Origin: an uncultured Candidatus Actinomarina sp. | Lineage (GTDB): Bacteria > Actinomycetota > Acidimicrobiia > Actinomarinales > Actinomarinaceae | DNA length: 64,000 nt | Assembly: GCA_902555055.1 (NCBI GenBank) | Contig: CACDQN010000004.1 | Location: 11,514 to 75,513, forward strand | Direction: 5' to 3' | Shown here: piece by piece, positions 28,456 through 38,680 of the stretch | Layout: the number at the start of each line of letters is the position of its first letter | Position numbering within the stretch: the stretch's first letter is position 1 | Translations under genes and position numbers: made by a program | Notes under the pieces: generated by a model | The model's input: only the letters and a program-made list of their open reading frames with translations | The model's database searches: none | Told to the model about the DNA's origin: nothing

Positions 28456-28673
28456 AAAAGCAATTTTTTGAATATTTTTATTCTTGAAAAAATACCTTCA
28501 TCAACAACTTCATTATTTTTCAATAGCACGGGGATTCTCAATAAATACTCCTGATATCCATCCTCAACATTTACTTGTTTTATCTTTGTAAAATAACTGA
28601 AAATTTTTACTTTTTTAAATCCTTTTTTACATAACTCGCATGAATCTGATGTGACAAAAATTAACTCTGACAT
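28452..28673 (-). CDS. Glutaredoxin/thioredoxin-like small protein (CxxC)
   Basis: 73 aa. An N-terminal FVTSDSCELCKK CxxC motif in a beta-alpha context, as in glutaredoxin-like DUF836 proteins. Confidence 0.55.
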   Translation of the reverse strand: MSELIFVTSDSCELCKKGFKKVKIFSYFTKIKQVNVEDGYQEYLLRIPVLLKNNEVVDEGIFSRIKIFKKLLF

Positions 28674-28755
28674 GTAATATTATGTGATGAGGCCTTGGAC
28701 ATTAGTATTTATAATTTTATTAATTTTAATAATTTTTATTTCAGGCTCCATTGCA

Positions 28756-29583
28756 CTATCGAACTTTCAACTTTGAATTTTCAACTTTTATTTTAACTTT
28801 AGAACTGTCTTTACAATCTAGAACTTGGCTTGCATTACCGTTGCTTACAAAGAGAGAAACCATACCCCATGAGTCAACAACTATACCAATATCTCTCTCA
28901 TTATCATTTTGATATGTTTCGCACCATTTTGCTTTAATCTCTTGATTGCCAATAGTAAGACTTAAAACATCGCCAATCTGAAAATTTTTATCTTTCAATT
29001 CATCTGGGGATACATTTGTTTGACAGTTACCAAAGTGATCTACATAGAGAATTTCTCCTTTTATTTCCTTGTCGGAGATATCAGTAAGAGGAATTAAATA
29101 CTGTGTTAAATCTTCAAGATTGAGTTCTCTACCAAAGTCTTCAAGCTTCAATTGTCCCGATGCATATGCTGCAGCAAATGGTGCAAAAATATCTCTAGCA
29201 TGAAATGTTTCACCTTCGTGAGGAATAATCCAATTCTCATTCTCTAAAAGAAACGCCTGTTTTGCTCCACCAACTGTTGCGCAAGCTAAATTTAATAGGC
29301 CATTGTCCGGTCCAATCATTAATCCCCAATCTGTAGTGATAGCAATTGGATTTCTTTCTGTTCCTACACCCGGATCTACAACAGCTAACAACACGCCGTT
29401 AGGAATATATTGAATTGCTCTCATCAAAAGTAGGCTTCCGTATTTTATATTTTGAGGTGGAATCCCATGTGATATATCATTTATTTTTAAATCAGAATCT
29501 ACTCTATTTATTACACCCTTAACAACACCAACGGAACCGTCTTCTAGCCCAAAATCTGATGCAAAAGATATGATTTCTTTCAT
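28756..29583 (-). CDS. SAM hydroxide adenosyltransferase / SAM hydrolase family (DUF62)
   Basis: 275 aa. FASDFGLEDGSVGVVKGVI, VVDPGVGT and YVDHFGN blocks are typical of the family. Confidence 0.8.
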   Translation of the reverse strand: MKEIISFASDFGLEDGSVGVVKGVINRVDSDLKINDISHGIPPQNIKYGSLLLMRAIQYIPNGVLLAVVDPGVGTERNPIAITTDWGLMIGPDNGLLNLACATVGGAKQAFLLENENWIIPHEGETFHARDIFAPFAAAYASGQLKLEDFGRELNLEDLTQYLIPLTDISDKEIKGEILYVDHFGNCQTNVSPDELKDKNFQIGDVLSLTIGNQEIKAKWCETYQNDNERDIGIVVDSWGMVSLFVSNGNASQVLDCKDSSKVKIKVENSKLKVR

Positions 29584-29669
29584 AAATACAAGTATATAGA
29601 TAATAGAAATTGAAGAGAATACGCAATAAGTTATAAATATAGCTATATTTATTGATGTATAGGGGGAAC

Positions 29670-30623
29670 ATGAAAAAAGTATTAATATTTCTTTTAGTTA
29701 TTGGTGTATCTGGATATTTATATGCAGGATACTATGTTTACAATCAAGCCGGTTCTGTTCCCTGTGCGGTTTGGGAGGGAGAGCAAAACAACTCTCCAAG
29801 TGAATTTACTATATGGTCTGAAGAATATGATATAGATCCTACGCCTTATTTCATACCAACATATGAAACTGTTGAAATACCTGTTCCAAATGAAGAAATC
29901 ATTTTAAGTGCATGGTGGATGGAAACTCAAAAAGAAGGTCCAACGATATTATTAATACACGGGCTGACCAGTAGTAAATATAGTTCTGGAATCTTATTAG
30001 CTGCAGGAATTCTCTATCACGAAGGTTTTAATGTTCTAGCAATTGATATGAGAGACCATGGTGACAGCACGTGTGAGGATGGGTATTATTCCGCAGGCCA
30101 AAAAGAATCTGATGATTCAGCCGCTGCCCTTGGTTGGTTAGTTGATGAAAAAAATATTGATCCAACAAAAATCGGAATTTATGGACAGTCACTAGGCGCA
30201 CTAACAGCTCTCACTACCCCAGCAAAATCAAATAACTACTCCGCAATGGCGGTTCATGACCCACCTGTAGATTTTGAAACTTTAGTTAGAGAAGAAATGA
30301 TATATCAAGGCTTCCCAGAATTTTTATTCCAACCCCTATATCATTATGCGTTAATATTTGAAAGAGTAAATATCACCGAAGTTGTTCCAGAAAATGCATT
30401 ACCAAGGAGTAATAAACAACCTATTTTAATTTTTAATGGAGTGTTAGATGAGAGAGTTCTAGCTCATCATACAGATGATTTAATTAAAATTGCTTCTGAA
30501 AATGGTATTGAAACAACTTTATATAGATACGACGACATGGGTCATGTGGAGAGTATATGGGGTTATACAGATGAATTTGCAGAAGCTATAGTTTCATTTT
30601 TTCAGGAAAATTTAGCTTCCTGA
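29670..30623 (+). CDS. Alpha/beta hydrolase with N-terminal membrane anchor
   Basis: Nucleophile elbow GQSLGA and HG oxyanion motif LIHGLTS. The ATG at 29670 is preceded by a ggggga SD (track start 29652). Confidence 0.8.
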   Translation: MKKVLIFLLVIGVSGYLYAGYYVYNQAGSVPCAVWEGEQNNSPSEFTIWSEEYDIDPTPYFIPTYETVEIPVPNEEIILSAWWMETQKEGPTILLIHGLTSSKYSSGILLAAGILYHEGFNVLAIDMRDHGDSTCEDGYYSAGQKESDDSAAALGWLVDEKNIDPTKIGIYGQSLGALTALTTPAKSNNYSAMAVHDPPVDFETLVREEMIYQGFPEFLFQPLYHYALIFERVNITEVVPENALPRSNKQPILIFNGVLDERVLAHHTDDLIKIASENGIETTLYRYDDMGHVESIWGYTDEFAEAIVSFFQENLAS

Positions 30624-31741
30624 TATAAATCTAAAAGCTTATCGACAGTGTTTTCCCATTTGTAATCTTTTGATTTATTCATACATTTAATCATTCGTTC
30701 TTCAAAATATTGGTAATCATTAATTAAATTTTTGATTGAAATACTTACATCTTGATAATCTAACCCATCAACCAAATACCCATTCTCTTTGTTTGTAATA
30801 ATCTCTTGCATTGAACCATTGTTTGTTGTTAGTACGGGCACACCCATTGAGTTTGCTTCAATTGCAACTAGACCAAACGTTTCATACTGTGAAGTATGAA
30901 TTAATAATTTTGCACTATTGAGTAGGTTTCTAATATCAACTTGAGGTAAATTTCCTAAAAACTCTACATGCGAACTTAAAGAAAGCTCTTTAACACTTTC
31001 TTTAAGTTCTGATAGATATTCATCTCCAGAACTCCCGCTAGGGCCTCCAACAAAATAACACATAAAATCAGTTTCAACTTCTTTAAACGAGTTTAAAAAT
31101 CTTAACGTCTCTAGTTGACCTTTCTGTTGTTGTATTCTTCCGATAGATAAAAAAATATTTTCTCTTTCAATGCTTAAATCTGGTACAAATAATTCATAAT
31201 CGACACCGGGATTTATTTGTTTTATCTTTTGGTTATCCACTTGATAGCTCTCTGAAATCAAAGTCTGCTCATAATTAGTAGATGCAGTTACAAATTGAGA
31301 TGAAGACATTACTATTTTTTCACAATCAGCTCGCTCTTTGTTATATCCCTCTAGGAAAACCCCTAAGCTGTGAGAGGTAAAAATATAAGGTATGTTAAAT
31401 TTATTTGAAATGTCTTTAGCAATTAAACCTGACATCCAATAATGAGCATGAATAATATCAAACTGTTTCAGATCTAAGACTTCCTCTAATCTTTTATTGA
31501 ATTCAATTAAGTGTATTTCTTTATCATCAGTGGGGATGTCGGGTTCAAATAAATTTAATGAACAAAATTCCAAATTTTGATTTTTAAAACTTTCAGCTTT
31601 TTCTGCAGTTACAACGGTCACATTATGATTTTGAGAAAGATGTTTTGAAATTTGTTGAACATAAACATTCAACCCCCCAGAGTCAAATTTCCCAACACTT
31701 CCAAAAGGTGCAGTGTGATAACTTATCTGTAAGATATTCAT
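30602..31741 (-). CDS. GT4 family glycosyltransferase (MshA-like N-terminus)
   Basis: 379 aa. ISYHTAPFGSVGKFDSGGLNVYV resembles the MshA/GT4 N-terminal loop. The C-terminal ETFGLVAIEANSMGVPV is the GT4 E-x7-E region. Confidence 0.8.
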   Translation of the reverse strand: MNILQISYHTAPFGSVGKFDSGGLNVYVQQISKHLSQNHNVTVVTAEKAESFKNQNLEFCSLNLFEPDIPTDDKEIHLIEFNKRLEEVLDLKQFDIIHAHYWMSGLIAKDISNKFNIPYIFTSHSLGVFLEGYNKERADCEKIVMSSSQFVTASTNYEQTLISESYQVDNQKIKQINPGVDYELFVPDLSIERENIFLSIGRIQQQKGQLETLRFLNSFKEVETDFMCYFVGGPSGSSGDEYLSELKESVKELSLSSHVEFLGNLPQVDIRNLLNSAKLLIHTSQYETFGLVAIEANSMGVPVLTTNNGSMQEIITNKENGYLVDGLDYQDVSISIKNLINDYQYFEERMIKCMNKSKDYKWENTVDKLLDLYQEAKFS

Positions 31742-32553
31742 ATATTCATCGTCAAGTCATAAAGCTGGACCGAGTTTCCACCTAAGTCATATTTATATCT
31801 TTCTGTGCCCTTTAAAAAATCAAAGAAAGACTTTTTTTCACTTATTAGTTTTTGAATAATTAGGTCATTAATAACAATCCCAGGATTTATTGAGTTAAAT
31901 TCATTATTTCTACTGGAATTATAGAGATAACATCCAAGTTCATTTTCATAACAAAAAGCTGTTGAAAGTAGGCCTTTATCTGTTTCTAAATAGTAAATTT
32001 TCCAACCATCTAATTTTAAAAGAGAGTCAAAATAATTTTCAACTGTTTCAGTCATAAACTTACCCTTCTCACCAGCTGACAGTCTGTGCTGAGAGACAAA
32101 AGTATCAAAAACATTACTGTCTTTGGAATGCTTTAACTCCACTGAATTAATTTCGTCAGCAAATTTCCTTTTCTTCCTCTTCAATTCATGTCTATTCTTT
32201 TTTGTTAAACTCTCTAGATATTTCTCATATGAATCGGGTAGAGGGAGGTTTACCGAGACATCAGATTTTTCAACTCTTACTGATTCAAATTCTATCTCAT
32301 TAACCAAATTCTGAACTTGAAAGAAATGGAGGGAGTCAAAATTAATAGTTTTTATATTATGTTTTTGAATAATTGTAGAATCGATTGAAATTGTAGGCCT
32401 GTAGTCAACAACCTCTCTACTTCCAATATTTACAATAGAGGATTCTGAGATAGCAAAATTTTCAATCTTAACCTCATTAGGGTCAATAACCTCATTAGCT
32501 AAATCTAAGAATTTTTTATCAACAAAGGGAGATCTTAAAACCTGTTCTTTCAC
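31738..32553 (-). CDS. CelD/BcsL-like GNAT-fold acyltransferase (FemAB-like)
   Basis: 271 aa. The C-terminal FDFLKGTERYKYDLGG resembles the conserved G-x-E-x-YK tail of this family. Overlaps the GT4 gene. Confidence 0.5.
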   Translation of the reverse strand: MKEQVLRSPFVDKKFLDLANEVIDPNEVKIENFAISESSIVNIGSREVVDYRPTISIDSTIIQKHNIKTINFDSLHFFQVQNLVNEIEFESVRVEKSDVSVNLPLPDSYEKYLESLTKKNRHELKRKKRKFADEINSVELKHSKDSNVFDTFVSQHRLSAGEKGKFMTETVENYFDSLLKLDGWKIYYLETDKGLLSTAFCYENELGCYLYNSSRNNEFNSINPGIVINDLIIQKLISEKKSFFDFLKGTERYKYDLGGNSVQLYDLTMNI

Positions 32554-32558
32554 AGATT

Positions 32559-33305
32559 CTAGAATAAACCATTTATGACATTTAGTGAATCAACAATATA
32601 GAGTGAACAAATAAAAGCAAACAGATAGTCAAATATATATATCTGATTCGATAGCTTGGAAGTCAACTCATATTCATATCTTATTTTTATAAACATAAAT
32701 GTTAAGAATGTTGTAAAAAGAGCTGTAGCAGCCGCAGCAATTAAAACATATATCATTACGAAATCGTAGAAACTACTTATTCCCGAAAAAATAATAAAGA
32801 CTAAGAAGAAATTAAAAAAGAACTGGAAGTTACCAAATTGAATATTGAAATAAGTTGCTAAGGTTTTTAGAAATAACAAAAGAAGCATCATGAAAGATAC
32901 ATAAATAATATTTTCTTGAAAAACACTACCGATAATGAATCCATTAACCAGCATGGCTATGGCTGTAGCTAATAAAGAGTTTCCAACTTTATAAATATTG
33001 ACATCAGGTTGGAGCAAGAAATACAGTATTGCCATAACTAATGCTCCAACAAAAAGATACGATAAATTTGTGTCTGGAGAAAGACTTTTAATACTCACAG
33101 TCGAAAATGCAATAAGTAAGAGTACTAATACGACATAAAACTTTTCGGTGTTAATATCAAATTGCCCAACAAGCATTTCAGTAAGCCAGATAAGTGTAAG
33201 GCCAACAAAGCATGCCGAGATTAGTGGCGTACTAGAAATAACTATTCCAGCAAATATTGCTACACATAGAATATATTGAAAATATCTTAGTTGAACTTGA
33301 ATCAT
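32559..33305 (-). CDS. Hypothetical polytopic membrane protein
   Basis: 248 aa, about 8 TM. First gene of a 3-gene minus-strand unit. No family recognised. Confidence 0.5.
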   Translation of the reverse strand: MIQVQLRYFQYILCVAIFAGIVISSTPLISACFVGLTLIWLTEMLVGQFDINTEKFYVVLVLLLIAFSTVSIKSLSPDTNLSYLFVGALVMAILYFLLQPDVNIYKVGNSLLATAIAMLVNGFIIGSVFQENIIYVSFMMLLLLFLKTLATYFNIQFGNFQFFFNFFLVFIIFSGISSFYDFVMIYVLIAAAATALFTTFLTFMFIKIRYEYELTSKLSNQIYIFDYLFAFICSLYIVDSLNVINGLF

Positions 33306-33366
33306 CCTCGCGAAAATTTTACTTGCATAAGCTTGAAAATTAAAGCACTTTATTATATAGTTAATA

Positions 33367-33414
33367 ACACTACATTTAGTGTAGTTTTAAAACATCATAC
33401 AATATTTAGTTGTA
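33367..33414 (+). promoter_or_regulatory. Tandem NrdR-box-like palindromes upstream of nrdA
   Basis: acactacatttagtgt (33367-33382; perfect 6-nt arms acacta/tagtgt) and tacaatatttagttgta (33398-33414; arms tacaa/ttgta). Centres are about 31.5 bp apart, the spacing reported for paired NrdR boxes. GGAG SD at 33418, GTG start at 33427. Confidence 0.6.
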
Positions 33415-33426
33415 AATGGAGAAAAA

Positions 33427-35907
33427 GTGGAAGAAGAAACAGGGTTAAGGAGCGAAGTGGAAAAGACAAGTTTAAATAAGGAAGAAATAGCAGAACAAGA
33501 GGAAATTAATCTCGACGATCCCAAAAACACAATTTTTATTACAAAAAGAAATGGTAAACAGGAACCGATAGATTTAGAAAAAATTCATAGAGTTATTTTT
33601 TGGGCATCTGAGAATTTAGATGTATCCCCTTCCCAAGTTGAGCTCAATTCACAAATTCAATTTTATAACGGCATTACAACTGAAGAAATTCATGAAACAA
33701 TGATCAAAGCTGCTGCTGATCTTATTTCAACCGAGTCGCCTGATTATCAATACCTTGCAGCAAGACTCCTAATATTTCATTTAAGAAAGAAAGCTTATGG
33801 GCAGTTTAAACCACCTTCTGTTTATGAACAGGTCACAAAAATGGTTAAGGAAGGCAGATACGATCCTGAGTTGTTAACAGATTATACAGAAGAAGAGTTT
33901 TCAATCATGGATGGATTTATAGATCACTGGCGTGATATGAAATTTACTTATGCTGCTGTAAAGCAGCTTGAGGGGAAATATCTTGTGCAAAATAGAGTGA
34001 ATGGAGATGTGTATGAAAGTCCTCAATTTATTTTTCTTCTTGTAGGTGCTTGCCTTTTTTCCAAATATCCAAAAGAAACAAGACTTGATTATGTTGAGAG
34101 ATTCTATAATGCTGCATCAACATTCAAGCTCTCTCTACCAACACCTATAATGTCGGGTGTTAGAACCCCAACACGTCAATTCAGCTCATGTGTTTTGATT
34201 GAGACAAGTGATTCTTTAGATTCAATTAATGCTACTTCTGGGGCAATTGTCCGTTATGTAAGCCAAAGAGCAGGAATAGGAATCAACGCAGGAAGAATTA
34301 GAGCAATTGGAAGCCCTATCCGCAATGGAGAAGCGTTTCACACAGGTTGCATACCATTCTATAAGCACTTTCAATCAGCGGTTAAAAGCTGCTCACAAGG
34401 AGGAGTTCGAGGAGGAGCTGCAACCTTGTTTTATCCTCTGTGGCATTATGAAGTAGAGGACTTGTTGGTATTAAAGAATAACCGTGGAGTTGAGGAAAAT
34501 AGAGTACGACATATTGACTACGGTGTTCAGTTCAATAAAACAATGTATGAAAGACTCATAAAAAATGAAGACATTACTCTGTTTAGCCCATCTGATGTCC
34601 CTGGACTATATGATGCATTTTTTGAAGATCAGGATAAGTTTCAAGAACTATATGAACTATATGAGGCAGATCCAGATATAAGAAAGAAATCAATTAAGGC
34701 GGTTGAACTTTTTTCATTGTTTATGAATGAAAGAGCAAGCACTGGAAGAATATATCTACAAAATGTTGATCACTGTAATACTCACGGAGCATTTGATCCG
34801 TCTGTTGCTCCAATTAGACAAAGTAACCTATGCCTTGAAATAGCTCTTCCTACAAAACCACTCAGCAATGTTGATGACCCAGATGGCGAAATAGCTCTAT
34901 GTACTTTATCTGCATTTAACCTTGGGGTAATTAAAGATTTAGAAGAGTTAGAAGATACAGCTGAATTAATAGTTAGAGCATTAGATGGATTACTAAGTTA
35001 TCAGGATTATCCTGTTCCAGCAGCAATTCATTCGGGTAAAAGAAGAAGGACCCTTGGAGTTGGAGTTATCAACTATGCATACTATTTAGCAAAGAACGAT
35101 GTTAAATATTCTGATGGTTCTGCAAATAATCTAACTCATAAGCTCTTTGAGTCTATCCAGTATTACTTACTAAAAGCATCCAATGAGCTAGCTAAAGAAC
35201 AAGGTGCGTGTGAACTCTTCCACGAGACAAACTATGCTAAAGGACTCTTACCAATAGACACATACAAAAAAGATGTGGATGATATTTGTGATGAAGAGCT
35301 TCACTTGGATTGGGAACAGCTTAGAGGCGACATCAAAGAACATGGTTTAAGAAATAGTACACTCACTGCTCTTATGCCTGCAGAAACCTCTGCTCAAATC
35401 AGCAATGCTACAAATGGCATCGAGCCACCAAGAGGCTATGTCTCTGTGAAGCAAAGTAAAGATGGAATCATGAAACAAGTTGTTCCAGATTTTGAGGAAT
35501 TGAAAGATAAATATGAACTATTGTGGAATATTCCAGACAATAAAGGATATCTAGAATTAGTTGCAATTATGCAAAAATTTGTTGATCAAACTATCTCAGC
35601 TAATACAAATTATGATCCTAGCAAATTTGAAGATGGAAAATTGCCACTACAGAAGATGATTCAAGATATTTTAACTACCTACAAATTAGGTATTAAAACA
35701 CTTTACTACCACAATACAAGAGACGGCTCTACTGATGCACAGGCAGAGAAAGAAGTAGCAGCCGAACAAAAGACTGTGGAGGTAACGGAAGAGATTTCTA
35801 CCAATGAGTATGAAGAAAATACTGATTCAACAACTTCAGATAAATATGGAGCGGTAGATTACATACAAGAAGATCCAGATGACTGTGGGGATGCTTGTAA
35901 GATATGA
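33427..35907 (+). CDS. nrdA: Class Ia ribonucleotide reductase alpha subunit
   Basis: 826 aa. ATP-cone (ITKRNGKQEPIDLEKIHRV). Long near-identical blocks to enterobacterial NrdA as recalled (PTPIMSGVRTPTRQFSSCVLIE, SNLCLEIALPT). C-terminal Cys pair ending ACKI. Confidence 0.97.
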   Translation: MEEETGLRSEVEKTSLNKEEIAEQEEINLDDPKNTIFITKRNGKQEPIDLEKIHRVIFWASENLDVSPSQVELNSQIQFYNGITTEEIHETMIKAAADLISTESPDYQYLAARLLIFHLRKKAYGQFKPPSVYEQVTKMVKEGRYDPELLTDYTEEEFSIMDGFIDHWRDMKFTYAAVKQLEGKYLVQNRVNGDVYESPQFIFLLVGACLFSKYPKETRLDYVERFYNAASTFKLSLPTPIMSGVRTPTRQFSSCVLIETSDSLDSINATSGAIVRYVSQRAGIGINAGRIRAIGSPIRNGEAFHTGCIPFYKHFQSAVKSCSQGGVRGGAATLFYPLWHYEVEDLLVLKNNRGVEENRVRHIDYGVQFNKTMYERLIKNEDITLFSPSDVPGLYDAFFEDQDKFQELYELYEADPDIRKKSIKAVELFSLFMNERASTGRIYLQNVDHCNTHGAFDPSVAPIRQSNLCLEIALPTKPLSNVDDPDGEIALCTLSAFNLGVIKDLEELEDTAELIVRALDGLLSYQDYPVPAAIHSGKRRRTLGVGVINYAYYLAKNDVKYSDGSANNLTHKLFESIQYYLLKASNELAKEQGACELFHETNYAKGLLPIDTYKKDVDDICDEELHLDWEQLRGDIKEHGLRNSTLTALMPAETSAQISNATNGIEPPRGYVSVKQSKDGIMKQVVPDFEELKDKYELLWNIPDNKGYLELVAIMQKFVDQTISANTNYDPSKFEDGKLPLQKMIQDILTTYKLGIKTLYYHNTRDGSTDAQAEKEVAAEQKTVEVTEEISTNEYEENTDSTTSDKYGAVDYIQEDPDDCGDACKI

Positions 35908-35922
35908 GGAAGCGAGGAAATA

Positions 35923-37053
35923 ATGGCATATTCTACATTTAGCCAAGAAAAAAATGATGCACTCCAGGAACCGATGTTCTTTGGAAACCCAGTAAATGTT
36001 GCAAGGTATGATCAACAAAAATTTGAGATATTTGAAAAACTAATTGAAAAACAATTAAGTTTCTTTTGGAGACCAGAAGAAATAGACGTCTCTAAAGACC
36101 GTATTGATTATGGAAAAATGTCTGATCACGAAAGGCATATATTTATTAGTAATCTGAAATACCAGACACTTTTAGACAGTATTCAAGGAAGGTCACCTAA
36201 TGTAGCTTTATTACCATTAGTTTCACTCCCTGAGCTTGAGACCTGGATAGAGACTTGGGCTTTTAGTGAAACTATTCATAGCCGAAGCTATACACATATA
36301 ATTAGAAATATTACAAATGACCCATCACTTATTTTTGATGACATTGTTGGAAACAAAGATATTGTTGAAAGAGCGGAGTACACATCTCGTTACTATGATG
36401 ACTTAATCAATTACCAGCAAGCATATAACCTGCATGGTGAGGGAGTTCACAAAACAGATTTAGGTGAACTTGATATCAATATGCGTGATTTAAAAAGAAA
36501 GCTATATATGTGTTTAATGTCTGTAAATGTGCTTGAGGCAATAAGATTTTATGTAAGTTTTGCTTGTAGTTTTGCTTTTGCAGAACGTGGGTTAATGGAG
36601 GGAAACGCAAAAATTATTAAGTTAATTGCTCGTGATGAACAACTACACCTATCTAGCACTCAACATATGATTAACCTTATAAGAACCGGTCAAGATGACC
36701 CTGAAATGGCTGAGATTGCAGAAGAGTGTAAGCAAGATGCTGCCGATATGTTTAAAGAAGGTGCTGAACAAGAAAAAGAATGGGCTGAATACTTATTTAA
36801 AGACGGCTCTATGCTCGGATTAAACAAAGAAATCTTATGTCAATATGTAGAGTACATAACTGATGTTAGGGTGAAAGCAATTGGGATTGACCCAATTTTC
36901 AATGTAACAAAAAATCCTATCCCTTGGATGAAGACCTGGTTAGCTAGTGATACAGTTCAAGTTGCACCGCAAGAAGTAGAGATAAGTTCATATCTAGTTG
37001 GGCAAGTAGATAGTGAAGTTAATGTTGAAGACTTGGGAGAATTCGAGCTATAA
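35923..37053 (+). CDS. nrdB: Class Ia ribonucleotide reductase beta subunit
   Basis: 376 aa. [53 protein letters not shown] closely matches the E. coli NrdB N-terminus as recalled. Di-iron ligand motifs present ([15 protein letters not shown]). Confidence 0.97.
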   Translation: MAYSTFSQEKNDALQEPMFFGNPVNVARYDQQKFEIFEKLIEKQLSFFWRPEEIDVSKDRIDYGKMSDHERHIFISNLKYQTLLDSIQGRSPNVALLPLVSLPELETWIETWAFSETIHSRSYTHIIRNITNDPSLIFDDIVGNKDIVERAEYTSRYYDDLINYQQAYNLHGEGVHKTDLGELDINMRDLKRKLYMCLMSVNVLEAIRFYVSFACSFAFAERGLMEGNAKIIKLIARDEQLHLSSTQHMINLIRTGQDDPEMAEIAEECKQDAADMFKEGAEQEKEWAEYLFKDGSMLGLNKEILCQYVEYITDVRVKAIGIDPIFNVTKNPIPWMKTWLASDTVQVAPQEVEISSYLVGQVDSEVNVEDLGEFEL

Positions 37054-37068
37054 TTTGCACCAATTCAA

Positions 37069-37332
37069 ATGAAACAAAAAGTAACTGTCAAAGTTAACGA
37101 TACTGTTGAAATATTATGTAATAAAAATGATAACTTATTACGTGTTCTTGAAAAAAACGGTTATGAAATTGAGTACGAGTGCCAAGAAGCACATTGTGGA
37201 ACATGTAGGATTATCATGACTGAAGGTGAAGTTCAATATGCTTATGAACCTGTTGCATACATTGGTAAAAATGAGGTTTTACCATGCTCAGCAAATATTA
37301 AATCTAATCTAAACCTTACTATTGAATGGTAA
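37069..37332 (+). CDS. yfaE: [2Fe-2S] ferredoxin YfaE-like (RNR radical maintenance)
   Basis: 87 aa. C-x4-C-x2-C (CQEAHCGTCRI) plus a distal Cys (LPCSA). Immediately downstream of nrdB, as in the nrdAB-yfaE operon. Confidence 0.85.
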   Translation: MKQKVTVKVNDTVEILCNKNDNLLRVLEKNGYEIEYECQEAHCGTCRIIMTEGEVQYAYEPVAYIGKNEVLPCSANIKSNLNLTIEW

Positions 37333-37441
37333 AAGTTTATACCACAAGTAAATAGAGACTATCTAGCTGAAATTAGACGTGATTAGATAACAAACAGAGC
37401 GGCTCATGTAAAAGTATCTAAATTGTGGTAGAATTTTTGAA

Positions 37442-38677
37442 TTGCAGCTTAAAACAAAACTTCATAAATACATATACTGGTTTACTTTTTTAGCAATAAA
37501 TTTTCTTAGTCTCTTGTTTAAAATTAGGAAACTAAATTTTGTTGAGTATAAGTATGATCAACAATTTGCTTTTAATGTACTCAGCAGCTGCCAAAATGGT
37601 GAAATATTTAATTATATTCAGAACTCAGCAGGAGTTCCTGCTGGTCCTTTAATCTACCTATATGAATGTGTAGGGGGACTAGCTGGAATTTCGAACTATC
37701 AAAGCCTGTTAATTTTTGAAATTCTTACTTCACAATTACTTTTAATATTTTTATTTTATAGTTTAAAAAACTACTTAAACCCTTATAACAACTTATTGGT
37801 TTTTTTAGCTATATGTTTAAATCCTTTTTTAGTTTTATGGACAAGAAACCCAGGGATTACTGCTCATTTTGAATTATTTGCAGTTCTTTTTGTATATTAT
37901 TATCTAAACAGGAACAAAAAAAAGAGTAACTACTTTTTTATTGGATTTGTATCATCGTTAAGTTTTGCAGCATATATACCGATATTTGTAATAAGCTATT
38001 CAATTCTTTTTACTTTGCTACTTTTTAGAAAAATTAATAACTTAAAACTTTTAATATACGGATCGTTAAGTGGATTTGTATTATCAATTATGTCTTTTAT
38101 CCCTTATTATCAAAATGCTCCTTTTGAGGTTCCAAGATCTAGATCAGGTTCCTGGGGACTGAGTTCATACTGGAGAATTCTTATTGATGTTCTCTCAGGT
38201 AGGTCAATTAAAACAAAAATTAACAATCCTGAAGATTATGAATTGCTTAATCAAAATTTTTCACATTTTGATTTTTTTGTAAATTTAAATTACGTATTGA
38301 TATTGCTAATTTTATCTTACGCCCTCTTTCATCTGTTTAAAAATTTGTATAAGAATCAAATTAATGACCTTGATATATTATTTATAGGTTCCCTTATTAT
38401 TAGTGGAATTATTTTTACAGTATTAGATGTCCCACTTTATGCACATTACCTATTAACACTTTCAATTTTTATATTTATTTACTCATTTAATGCAATAATA
38501 CGCAGTTCATTTTTAATTCTTATATTTATCGTATTGATGTTTTCAAATATATACATTAACTTCAGCTTTCATGAATTTATTCAGGTAAATTCTGGTGCTG
38601 AAAATAGTGATTATGGAAAGTCTTATATCACTTGTGGTTGTTGTGTAGAAGATGCAAGAGTTTGTAGGGGTCAGTAG
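37442..38677 (+). CDS. Polytopic membrane protein, possible GT-C fold glycosyltransferase
   Basis: 411 aa, more than 9 TM, in a sugar-modification cluster. TTG start per the track. Cys-rich tail CGCCVEDARVC. The family call is tentative. Confidence 0.35.
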   Translation: MQLKTKLHKYIYWFTFLAINFLSLLFKIRKLNFVEYKYDQQFAFNVLSSCQNGEIFNYIQNSAGVPAGPLIYLYECVGGLAGISNYQSLLIFEILTSQLLLIFLFYSLKNYLNPYNNLLVFLAICLNPFLVLWTRNPGITAHFELFAVLFVYYYLNRNKKKSNYFFIGFVSSLSFAAYIPIFVISYSILFTLLLFRKINNLKLLIYGSLSGFVLSIMSFIPYYQNAPFEVPRSRSGSWGLSSYWRILIDVLSGRSIKTKINNPEDYELLNQNFSHFDFFVNLNYVLILLILSYALFHLFKNLYKNQINDLDILFIGSLIISGIIFTVLDVPLYAHYLLTLSIFIFIYSFNAIIRSSFLILIFIVLMFSNIYINFSFHEFIQVNSGAENSDYGKSYITCGCCVEDARVCRGQ

Positions 38678-38680
38678 AAC

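Noticed and set aside
28687-28776. 29-aa hydrophobic mini-ORF (MRPWTLVFIILLILIIFISGSIALSNFQL) between the glutaredoxin-like gene and the SAM hydrolase gene.
   Set aside because: It has no SD and overlaps the 3' end of the convergent 28756-29583 gene. It cannot be distinguished from a chance ORF in A+T-rich DNA.
33291-33479. Plus-strand 62-aa ORF upstream of and overlapping nrdA.
   Set aside because: It runs through the NrdR-box/promoter region and into nrdA out of frame. The SD plus GTG at 33427 supports nrdA instead.
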